Source of the DNA: a virus
Lineage: Duplodnaviria; Caudoviricetes
Direction: 5' to 3' (one strand)
DNA: 32,837 bases
Virus record (IMG/VR): IMGVR_UViG_3300025608_000002
Location: 1 to 32,837 of that record
A program made the position numbers and the translations under genes. The notes beneath the pieces are model-generated. The model ran no database searches. It had not been told where the DNA came from and saw nothing but the letters and a program-made list of their open reading frames with translations. Each line of letters starts with the position of its first letter. The stretch's first letter is position 1. Positions 24,787-31,664 of the stretch are shown piece after piece.

Positions 24787-25058
24787 ATTTCATCAAAATT
24801 ATACTTCTCGCCTTCTATCTTAATCCAATTTAAGCGGTCTGTCTTAATAGTTCTGTAACCATTGGCGTTCATATCCCATACAATGATATTGTGAGCCTTA
24901 CGTCTATCGTATTGCAGCCCTACGCCCTTTAGATCTTTCTGTACGCCTACCCTGCAGGACATTGTACGTTCTGTTCCGTCAGCCTTAGTAAAGTTAGCTG
25001 AAAAGATTTTGCCTGTTGATACTAGGCTGTCGATAATTTGAAATAGTAATTTGTTCAT
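24783..25058 (-). CDS. Sm-like/SH3 beta-barrel protein (WYL_2/DUF2693-like)
   Basis: FSANFTKADGTERTMSCRVGV..IIVWDMNANGYRTI matches the FxKxDGxxRxM..xxWD..xxRS/T pattern of this family. Confidence 0.6.
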   Translation of the reverse strand: MNKLLFQIIDSLVSTGKIFSANFTKADGTERTMSCRVGVQKDLKGVGLQYDRRKAHNIIVWDMNANGYRTIKTDRLNWIKIEGEKYNFDEI

Positions 25059-25132
25059 TGTGTTTCCTTTTTTTCTTTAAGTTATATGCTGATATAACAT
25101 TATGTTTTATCAATATATATGTTTAACTAGGT

Positions 25133-25163
25133 GCAATATATAACCTTTTTTCGAACTACCAAA
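25133..25163 (-). promoter_or_regulatory. Bacteroidota-type promoter (variant -7 box)
   Basis: TTTG (25163-25160), N19, TATATTGC (25140-25133). Confidence 0.6.
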
Positions 25164-25174
25164 ATAATTGAAAC

Positions 25175-25207
25175 AAAAAACCCCCAGAAGACAAAAACTA
25201 GGGGTTT
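25175..25207 (-). terminator. Intrinsic terminator
   Basis: CCCCTAG-loop-CTGGGGG followed by U6. Confidence 0.8.
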
Positions 25208-25249
25208 AATGATAATTAACCAAAATTAAATCTATGAAACAAAATTTAT
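25175..25249 (-). ncRNA. Candidate antisense small RNA 2 (~75 nt)
   Basis: Full consensus promoter upstream, terminator at the 3' end, no AUG inside. Confidence 0.6.
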
Positions 25250-25253
25250 TACT

Positions 25254-25284
25254 CAAATATAAAAATATATCTCAACATACCAAA
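25254..25284 (-). promoter_or_regulatory. Bacteroidota promoter driving the candidate sRNA
   Basis: TTTG (25284-25281), N19, TATATTTG (25261-25254). Confidence 0.8.
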
Positions 25285-25291
25285 ACTTTTT

Positions 25292-26503
25292 TTACTTTAT
25301 TACATACATCCCTTTTGGATTTGTTCTTAGCAATAGATACTCTATAGCATAACGCATAGAATCTACACCGTGATTATAGGCATCTCTAGGCTTTACACCC
25401 CTGACATCCCATACATAGTTGTTAAATTCTTTGACTAGGTTTTCGCCATCTAAGTTTATATTGTAGTCCTGCATAAGAGCTATACCTGCTAGGATTGACC
25501 CTTTCTTCTTTACTGTTGGCGTTACATTAAGACCCCTAGAATTGAGTTCAGCGATAAGCCTAGGCTCACTACTATCGCAGACTATTAGCTGCTTACCTGC
25601 GTGCCTTTGGCATAGGTCGAATATGTTGGAGGTCACTAGACCCTTCTTATAGAACATCTCCTTAACCCAAATTATTTTACGCTGCTTATCTATAGATACC
25701 TTAGTAAGTACGCTCTCATCCCTACTGAATCCAATATCTAATCCGTAACAGGTTAGTTGCATCTCATCATTAAACCTACCCATCTGCCAGTCATCGAATA
25801 CTACACCTTCAGCCTTCTGTAGCCATCCACCTAGAATCTGGTGCTTATACTTATCTGGTCTACGTATCTTCATATCCTTAACCTGATTCACAAAAGATTC
25901 CGATAAATTCTCTATGTTATCTCTGTAGTCAGTATGTATGTAGGTGACGTTATCCTGTGTGCCGTTGAATCCATCTGGAATACCTCTGTTCTGGAAGAAC
26001 CTCTGGTATATCCAATGCTCCTTAGTAGTGGGGTTTAGGATTAACAGGACTCGGTTTCTTACCCCTCTAGCCCGTATAGAATAGTCAATCTTATCGAAGC
26101 TCTCTTCATCTAGCAGCTCCTCTGCTTCATCTAGTACGAAAGTATTTATTCCGCTAATAGATTTAAGTTTGGCGGTCTGGTCACCAGAAGCTGTCTTAAT
26201 ACCTGAGAAGTAAATGAAGCTATCTGTATGCTTATTCCTTATATCGTTCTTTGTTATAGTGAAGCTGTCCTGTGCGCCCATCATCTCAATCTTATCGTTA
26301 AATTCAGGGATAATAGACATAGAAGCAGAACTCATAGTATATCGAGTAAACAGTATACCATTGCCTTCTTCATAAGTTAGTAGATTAAGAAAAAGGGTTG
26401 CGGCATATGATTTACCAGAACCCCTTCCTCCTGTGATTACAAAGTACCTACTGTCGCTGTTAAAAAGGGATTGATATTTGGGATGAAGTTGTATGCTTTG
26501 CAT
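25292..26503 (-). CDS. terL: Terminase large subunit (PBSX/SPP1-like)
   Basis: GGRGSGKS Walker A, FVLDEAEE Walker B, LILNP, YGLDIGFS nuclease motif, NHGVDSMRY. Confidence 0.95.
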   Translation of the reverse strand: MQSIQLHPKYQSLFNSDSRYFVITGGRGSGKSYAATLFLNLLTYEEGNGILFTRYTMSSASMSIIPEFNDKIEMMGAQDSFTITKNDIRNKHTDSFIYFSGIKTASGDQTAKLKSISGINTFVLDEAEELLDEESFDKIDYSIRARGVRNRVLLILNPTTKEHWIYQRFFQNRGIPDGFNGTQDNVTYIHTDYRDNIENLSESFVNQVKDMKIRRPDKYKHQILGGWLQKAEGVVFDDWQMGRFNDEMQLTCYGLDIGFSRDESVLTKVSIDKQRKIIWVKEMFYKKGLVTSNIFDLCQRHAGKQLIVCDSSEPRLIAELNSRGLNVTPTVKKKGSILAGIALMQDYNINLDGENLVKEFNNYVWDVRGVKPRDAYNHGVDSMRYAIEYLLLRTNPKGMYVIK

Positions 26504-26966
26504 TCTTATATTTTTTTATTATACGACGTAAAGTATGCTGGGAAATATTGTACTTTTGACAGGTTTTCTTTTGACCGAAAACCAAATAGTAGTTGTGTAT
26601 CTCACTATACAATAATTTATATGTTCCTCTCTTTACTTGTCCATCATTATCCAGCCTATCTCTTGCATTATCTTTTGCGGTTCCAAGATAAAGGTTTTTA
26701 ACTGAATTGTCTGTACTTATGTCGTTTTTATGAAGCACCCACAGTTTTTCAGTAAACAATCTATCACCTACTCTACAGAACATAACAAAACGATGTACTA
26801 AAATCGGTCTAGGTATTCCCCCTAGTATATAGGTAAATTTACTGTAGCCTTCTGCTGAAATATGACACTTTTTGATGCTTCCATCTGGTTTTATAACTGT
26901 TCCATCATCGTCACATCGATAACCTTTTTGAAAGGCATCAATTATTGCTCTGTTCGATATGCTCAT
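26460..26966 (-). CDS. HNH homing endonuclease
   Basis: VHRFV..VLHKNDISTDNSVKNLYLGTAKDN; C-terminal HTH-like tail; start at 26966 or 26978. Confidence 0.85.
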   Translation of the reverse strand: MSISNRAIIDAFQKGYRCDDDGTVIKPDGSIKKCHISAEGYSKFTYILGGIPRPILVHRFVMFCRVGDRLFTEKLWVLHKNDISTDNSVKNLYLGTAKDNARDRLDNDGQVKRGTYKLLYSEIHNYYLVFGQKKTCQKYNISQHTLRRIIKKYKNAKHTTSSQISIPF

Positions 26967-27102
26967 TTTTTTCTCCATCTTCCTTTGGTTTAAGTTCTGT
27001 TACTAGTCTTTCTAGTGTTTCAATTTTCTCTAGGCATAGAACTACTATCATCTCCAGTCGTTCTATTTTGTTCTTCATTTCTATTAGCTTCGATTCTTTC
27101 AT
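26938..27102 (-). CDS. 54-aa coiled-coil protein, not in the ORF track
   Basis: MKESKLIEMKNKIERLEMIVVLCLEKIETLERLVTELKPKEDGEKNEHIEQSNN; overlaps the 3' end of the upstream gene. Confidence 0.55.
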   Translation of the reverse strand: MKESKLIEMKNKIERLEMIVVLCLEKIETLERLVTELKPKEDGEKNEHIEQSNN

Positions 27103-27445
27103 CTTTAACTTCTTTATGGGTTATATCTATTGGCTTTGGTTGGGCGAAATCAATCACAGGTATATTTACTTTAGTGGTAACATCTATCTGTTGCATCTCT
27201 TTAGGTTTACCATACCTGTAATTCATTAGATAGTCCCAATGCTTAGACGAACCTCCCTTAGCTAACTTAGCTACCTCGATCCACATCTTCTCTTCGCTAC
27301 CGAATGTCTTCCTTAGTGCAGAAAGGGTAAGCCTGTTCATATCCTTATCAGCTACCTTTCTAGGTCTACCCTGTCCTCTGGAGACACCTTTAACTGCACC
27401 ATTATTCTTTCTACCGTCTACCTTTTTTGGCTTATCTTCTTCCAT
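27020..27445 (-). CDS. Putative terminase small subunit
   Basis: DGRKNNG..GQGRPRK N-terminus and YRYGKPKE motif; upstream of terL. Confidence 0.6.
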   Translation of the reverse strand: MEEDKPKKVDGRKNNGAVKGVSRGQGRPRKVADKDMNRLTLSALRKTFGSEEKMWIEVAKLAKGGSSKHWDYLMNYRYGKPKEMQQIDVTTKVNIPVIDFAQPKPIDITHKEVKDERIEANRNEEQNRTTGDDSSSMPREN

Positions 27446-27505
27446 ATTATTTATCTGTATATAACATTACTAACAATATAACTCCGCCTATTATGTAAAA
27501 CATAT

Positions 27506-28045
27506 CTATTCTTTTATCAATTCTAATTCAGCTATAAAATTCTTAGCGGCAGAAATGCTTTGCTTCTTTAGTATCAAACCTTTCAGATGTTGTAGCCTAA
27601 CGTTTGCTTTAATATACTTCTCTCTGTATTCTCCTGAATTTTCAACCTCATCATTGGCTTTATCTAACATAGACTGCAAAAGAGCGTTCTGACCGAGTAA
27701 CTGAAGGTAGCTCTTATTCTTAGCTTTCTCATCTTTCAAAGCCTTTTTTATTGGCTTTACCTCACTCAATACTTTATTGTATGTCCGAATGTAAAACTTC
27801 TCTGACCAAAATTCTAAATTACTAAACACATTCTTAATCGAATGCAGGACAGTTGCGTGATTCTGATCCAATGTCTTTCCTATCTCATCCAAACTAAGAT
27901 TGGTAACCTCTCTGCATATTCCGTAATATAACGCCCTAGCATAAACGTGATCCCTACGCCTTAAGTGTCTTCCATTAGCTGTTCTCTGATCTAGGTCGAT
28001 CTGTAATTCTTCTTCTATTCTACTCCGTATCTCCTTTGTTAACAT
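27506..28045 (-). CDS. Protein with a DnaA domain IV-like HTH and C-terminal coiled coil
   Basis: RRRDHVYAR..TNLSLDEIGKTLDQNHATVLHSIK parallels DnaA SLPxIG..RDHTTVxHA. Confidence 0.75.
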   Translation of the reverse strand: MLTKEIRSRIEEELQIDLDQRTANGRHLRRRDHVYARALYYGICREVTNLSLDEIGKTLDQNHATVLHSIKNVFSNLEFWSEKFYIRTYNKVLSEVKPIKKALKDEKAKNKSYLQLLGQNALLQSMLDKANDEVENSGEYREKYIKANVRLQHLKGLILKKQSISAAKNFIAELELIKE

Positions 28046-28217
28046 ATAATAGTTTTTTATAATCTTTATAAGCCTCTGCTATCCCTTGACAGCATTCGTA
28101 ATGTTCTATCTCTTCGTAGTACTTCCTTAGCACTCCTAAATCTTCTTCCTCTAGCACTCCAGTTGTAAGTGATATTAATATATCTTTATAGCACTCATCT
28201 TTATCTGTATAAATCAT
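28020..28217 (-). CDS. Hypothetical protein
   Basis: ORF track; EEIEHYECCQGI motif. Confidence 0.7.
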   Translation of the reverse strand: MIYTDKDECYKDILISLTTGVLEEEDLGVLRKYYEEIEHYECCQGIAEAYKDYKKLLYVNKGDTE

Positions 28218-28981
28218 AATATATCTTCTACATAGAACGGCTCAAACTCCGTCTCACCCTCTGATATTCTCCTGTAGTTATATATACCCTGCTCAACAAT
28301 TTCCTTTCCAGATAAGTAAAACCCTTCAGATACACTAAAGAATCCGAACTCACCTGTCGACTTATCTATGGCGATGAAAACAAAGTTGTCATATGTAATG
28401 TTGAATAGGCTGCAATAGATATATACCTGTGCTGCATAACCAAACTTCCTAGCATCACTCTTAAACCATTTAAGACTTTGACAGGTCTTTAAGTCTGCAA
28501 TGTAACCATCACCTAGTATGTCTGCCTTAGCCCTAAAGCATAAGCCATCTATATAACCTACAGCAGGAACTTCAGGCGTGGACTTCTCCAGTATATCTTT
28601 TATCTTAGAACAGGATAAGAATGTTTCAGCTAGTTCCTCAACCTTCTCTTTATCCTTCTGAAGGAAAACCCTATCATTTTCTGCTAAGGCTTCTTTCCAA
28701 ACCTTCCCAGCTCTTTTGTCCACATCAACAAACACCTGCTTTTTATACACATCTGGTTCTAGAACATACCAATGGAATAACGAACCAAAATCAAATGCAG
28801 ATTTATGTCCGCTATCACCACCAATACTGTTAATATACTTTAGTGGGTCTTTCGACAAAAGTTTTATTGAAGAAGATGATAGACTGTTCTCTCCCATATA
28901 ACCAAAGTAGAATGGGTCGTCCTTCATCTTTTCCAGAAGTTCACTTTCTCGCCAAGCCTTACCATCTAAAGTAAATATCAT
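28214..28981 (-). CDS. RecE/exonuclease VIII-like PD-(D/E)XK nuclease (DUF3799-like)
   Basis: LSSSSIKLL, FGSLFHWYVLEP, FRAKADIL..IADLKT, FGYAAQVYIY. Confidence 0.85.
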   Translation of the reverse strand: MIFTLDGKAWRESELLEKMKDDPFYFGYMGENSLSSSSIKLLSKDPLKYINSIGGDSGHKSAFDFGSLFHWYVLEPDVYKKQVFVDVDKRAGKVWKEALAENDRVFLQKDKEKVEELAETFLSCSKIKDILEKSTPEVPAVGYIDGLCFRAKADILGDGYIADLKTCQSLKWFKSDARKFGYAAQVYIYCSLFNITYDNFVFIAIDKSTGEFGFFSVSEGFYLSGKEIVEQGIYNYRRISEGETEFEPFYVEDIL

Positions 28982-28984
28982 AAT

Positions 28985-29131
28985 CTATTTTTTATCGTAG
29001 TACCGCTCTGTATATTTAGGCAAGTACCTGTTATACTCTTCTTCTTCTAGCCATTTGTGGTAGACTCTAGCTTCTTCTCCTAGAATGTCCTCAAACTGTA
29101 ATTTCTCGAATTCTCTTTTAGTTGCTCCCAT
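28985..29131 (-). CDS. 48-aa hypothetical protein, not in the ORF track
   Basis: MGATKREFEKLQFEDILGEEARVYHKWLEEEEYNRYLPKYTERYYDKK. Confidence 0.7.
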   Translation of the reverse strand: MGATKREFEKLQFEDILGEEARVYHKWLEEEEYNRYLPKYTERYYDKK

Positions 29132-29132
29132 C

Positions 29133-29312
29133 TTAAATGTTTTTTATTAAGTACTTAATTACTCGTTCGGTCTTATTCAGTAGGAATGATAGTGGGTACT
29201 CAATAGAGACGTACAATACCATAAGTATAGTCTCAATGATGTAGAACAAAAAGAGCAACACAAGAGCCATTGCTAGTTTGAACGGTTTTAGAATTGTTAA
29301 TAATATCTTCAT
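29133..29312 (-). CDS. Small hydrophobic membrane protein
   Basis: Start ATG 29312 (MKILL), downstream of the promoter; long hydrophobic stretch. Confidence 0.65.
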   Translation of the reverse strand: MKILLTILKPFKLAMALVLLFLFYIIETILMVLYVSIEYPLSFLLNKTERVIKYLIKNI

Positions 29313-29329
29313 AATGTTTTCCTTTGCAT

Positions 29330-29360
29330 CAAAGATAAACAAAATTTTAATACTACCAAA
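29330..29360 (-). promoter_or_regulatory. Bacteroidota housekeeping promoter
   Basis: TTTG (29360-29357), N19, TATCTTTG (29337-29330). Confidence 0.8.
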
Positions 29361-29519
29361 TTATTTTTTAGGATTGAAGTTATCTTTCCACACAGTTTGA
29401 CATACTGCAAAACGCTGATCCCTATCTGGGTACTCGCTAATCAGCTTTGCATTGTTCATACATCTGCGGTTAAATTCCTTCTGCTCCTCGTACTTCTTAG
29501 GTTGCATCTTAATTGGCAT
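29361..29519 (-). CDS. 52-aa hypothetical protein, not in the ORF track
   Basis: MPIKMQPKKYEEQKEFNRRCMNNAKLISEYPDRDQRFAVCQTVWKDNFNPKK. Confidence 0.7.
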   Translation of the reverse strand: MPIKMQPKKYEEQKEFNRRCMNNAKLISEYPDRDQRFAVCQTVWKDNFNPKK

Positions 29520-29766
29520 TGTTCATTAGTTTTAGTAGTTTTTCGCAATATAGCGTAGCATCCATCATCTCCTCCTGTAGGTGTCTGATAAATGCAATTG
29601 TGTCTTCTTTAGACTCCTCTAAGGTTGTCCCGTACTTATTTATACCAACCTTACTTCTGTTGTTGTACTTACGTATAACATTCTGTACAATACTGTCAAC
29701 CTGCTCTGTTTCTATTGGCGAGCTGGATGAAGCATTCTCAAAATACTTTGTTACTGAATCACTCAT
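29509..29766 (-). CDS. Hypothetical phage protein (possible all-alpha NTP pyrophosphatase-like)
   Basis: RSKVGINKYGTTL..HLQEEMMDATLY. Confidence 0.6.
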   Translation of the reverse strand: MSDSVTKYFENASSSSPIETEQVDSIVQNVIRKYNNRSKVGINKYGTTLEESKEDTIAFIRHLQEEMMDATLYCEKLLKLMNNAN

Positions 29767-30152
29767 AATTTATCTGCTTTTGTTATCGATAAGAACCCTA
29801 CCTGCTTTTCTACCCTATTGGCGTCATTGAAGTGGGTTGTCTTTCTTAGTCTCATAGATTGCCACCTAGGTCTAAACGTCTTTAGGTTGAATCTAAATAC
29901 ACCCTCTGGTGTTGAATTAATATACATAGGTATCTCAAATGTACCCCTACATTTATCTAACATAGCCTTGTGCTTCTTATTCTCGATCATCAACTTATCA
30001 TAATGAGATGTACGACACTTAAGCTCTATTCTATGACTAGCTGTAGCTGAATAACAGTCCCACCTGCTAGTCGGGTCACTAGCCTTAACTAAGTCAGGGT
30101 AGTAATTTTCTTTCAGGTAGTTAAACAAATCCTCTTCTTTCCAGTTTCTCAT
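29763..30152 (-). CDS. PD-(D/E)XK-like nuclease
   Basis: RWDCYS..RIELKCR motif. Confidence 0.6.
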   Translation of the reverse strand: MRNWKEEDLFNYLKENYYPDLVKASDPTSRWDCYSATASHRIELKCRTSHYDKLMIENKKHKAMLDKCRGTFEIPMYINSTPEGVFRFNLKTFRPRWQSMRLRKTTHFNDANRVEKQVGFLSITKADKL

Positions 30153-30562
30153 TTGTATTTTCTATACACCTTCTCTAACTTTTTGAGAATGCTGTTAACG
30201 AAACAGGGAGCGCAACTGGTTCCTTTTACATTGTCATTGAAGACCCTGTTATATATATTCACTAAGCTCTTCTGCTGCTCTGATGTTATAGTAGCTCTTC
30301 TTTCGCCAAAGAAATTAGCAAGGTAGTCATACTCATCTTCCGTTAGGCAATTGGGCTTCTCATAAGGAAACATTCGATTTAGAAGCTCCTTACGACTATC
30401 ACAGCCGCAGTCTTCGCCTAAGATGAACTTAGCCACCTTAGCCACCCCTGTCTTCTCTAGCACCTTCTCAACGGTGTCTCCTAGACCTTTACTTTCTTTT
30501 TCTTGTTTAGCCTTCCAATCTCGGTAGGCTCTTGTGCGCTTATCGCCTTTAAATTCTTCCAT
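30149..30562 (-). CDS. Cys-containing hypothetical protein
   Basis: SKGLGDTVEK..DCGCDSRKELLN..CLTEDEY..SCAPC. Confidence 0.7.
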   Translation of the reverse strand: MEEFKGDKRTRAYRDWKAKQEKESKGLGDTVEKVLEKTGVAKVAKFILGEDCGCDSRKELLNRMFPYEKPNCLTEDEYDYLANFFGERRATITSEQQKSLVNIYNRVFNDNVKGTSCAPCFVNSILKKLEKVYRKYK

Positions 30563-30563
30563 A

Positions 30564-31112
30564 TTATTTTCTATATTTATCCTGTTTAGCCTCTAAGTAC
30601 TCTTTCCATTCTTTCTCAAAAGCGTTCCTTACTTTTGTCTTTCCATTCTTCAAAGTTCCGAATATAGAGCTTAAACTTATCCTAGTCACAGAAGATATTG
30701 CCCTCATACTAAGTTGCTTCTTAAAATGTATTTCCCATAGTTTCTTATCATACCAGTACCAGCTATTGACCATCTCTTCTATTCCGCCAATTAGATTCTC
30801 AAAGCTATCTTCGTACTCATATGTATTCATTAAGCTATTAGTTCCAGCGTTTGAATTATTTAAGTCGGCATCTACCTTCCATTTGTGTACCTTAGATAGG
30901 AATAAATTCCTAAGCGTAACGTAAACATAGAAACTATTGAGCTCCTTCTCGTTATACATAATCCTTTCTGGATCATCTATGTATTTCACTAGTCGAACGT
31001 ACATCGACTGTACCAGCTCATTAGCCTCATCTTCATTGCATCCAAATGACCTAGCCATATGAATCCAATCTATATGCTTTTCAGCAAGCCTATCAATTAA
31101 TCGTTCCACCAA
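30564..31112 (-). CDS. ECF-type sigma-70 factor-like protein
   Basis: Region 2 ANELVQSMYVRL..FYVYVTLRNLF; region 4 HTH LSMRAISSVTRISLSSIFGTLK; TTG/GTG start. Confidence 0.75.
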   Translation of the reverse strand: MVERLIDRLAEKHIDWIHMARSFGCNEDEANELVQSMYVRLVKYIDDPERIMYNEKELNSFYVYVTLRNLFLSKVHKWKVDADLNNSNAGTNSLMNTYEYEDSFENLIGGIEEMVNSWYWYDKKLWEIHFKKQLSMRAISSVTRISLSSIFGTLKNGKTKVRNAFEKEWKEYLEAKQDKYRK

Positions 31113-31264
31113 TGAAATGATATTCCGAATATACCGATAAAAACCTGTATCATATATTCTGGTGATAAATCTTCTGGATGCGGATCATCTTCAGGTAGCA
31201 TATGAGTGTCCCAATAATTCACTCCGAATGTCATCCCATAAATAGGGAATATTTTTACGTGCAT
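31097..31264 (-). CDS. 55-aa hypothetical protein, not in the ORF track
   Basis: MHVKIFPIYGMTFGVNYWDTHMLPEDDPHPEDLSPEYMIQVFIGIFGISFHWWND. Confidence 0.7.
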   Translation of the reverse strand: MHVKIFPIYGMTFGVNYWDTHMLPEDDPHPEDLSPEYMIQVFIGIFGISFHWWND

Positions 31265-31265
31265 A

Positions 31266-31664
31266 TTACGTTGTTTTAAATTGTTTTATTGTTGCAACAA
31301 TCCTAGCGTCCTCTTTATCAACACCTCCGAACAAAGAAGTAATCTTTACTACTGTATCTGTATCGTCAGTCTCAATGCATCCATATTCAACTAGAGCATC
31401 CTGAAAGAACTTATCAGCTACAGCTATTACATTCATTAAGTCTCTTTTTCTTTTGTCTGGCGCATAGTATACGTATTCTATCTCAATCTCACCTAAAATA
31501 GAAAAGTCGAGGTTTCCCCCGACTTGCTCCTTAAACGTCTTCTTTATATTGTTACTTACCTGAAAGTGCCAATTACGGTACTGGTTAAGATTAAGATACC
31601 TCTTCTTCTTACCAGATTTGATCCAGATCGGTAACGTTACTTTTATGTCCTGTACGTAACTCAT
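31266..31664 (-). CDS. rusA: RusA-like Holliday junction resolvase
   Basis: DKRKRDLMN..KFFQDALVEYGCIETDD. Confidence 0.8.
   Translation of the reverse strand: MSYVQDIKVTLPIWIKSGKKKRYLNLNQYRNWHFQVSNNIKKTFKEQVGGNLDFSILGEIEIEYVYYAPDKRKRDLMNVIAVADKFFQDALVEYGCIETDDTDTVVKITSLFGGVDKEDARIVATIKQFKTT

Noticed and set aside
1662-30003. All + strand ORFs in the track
   Set aside because: Short antisense shadows of well-supported - strand genes with no recognisable motifs
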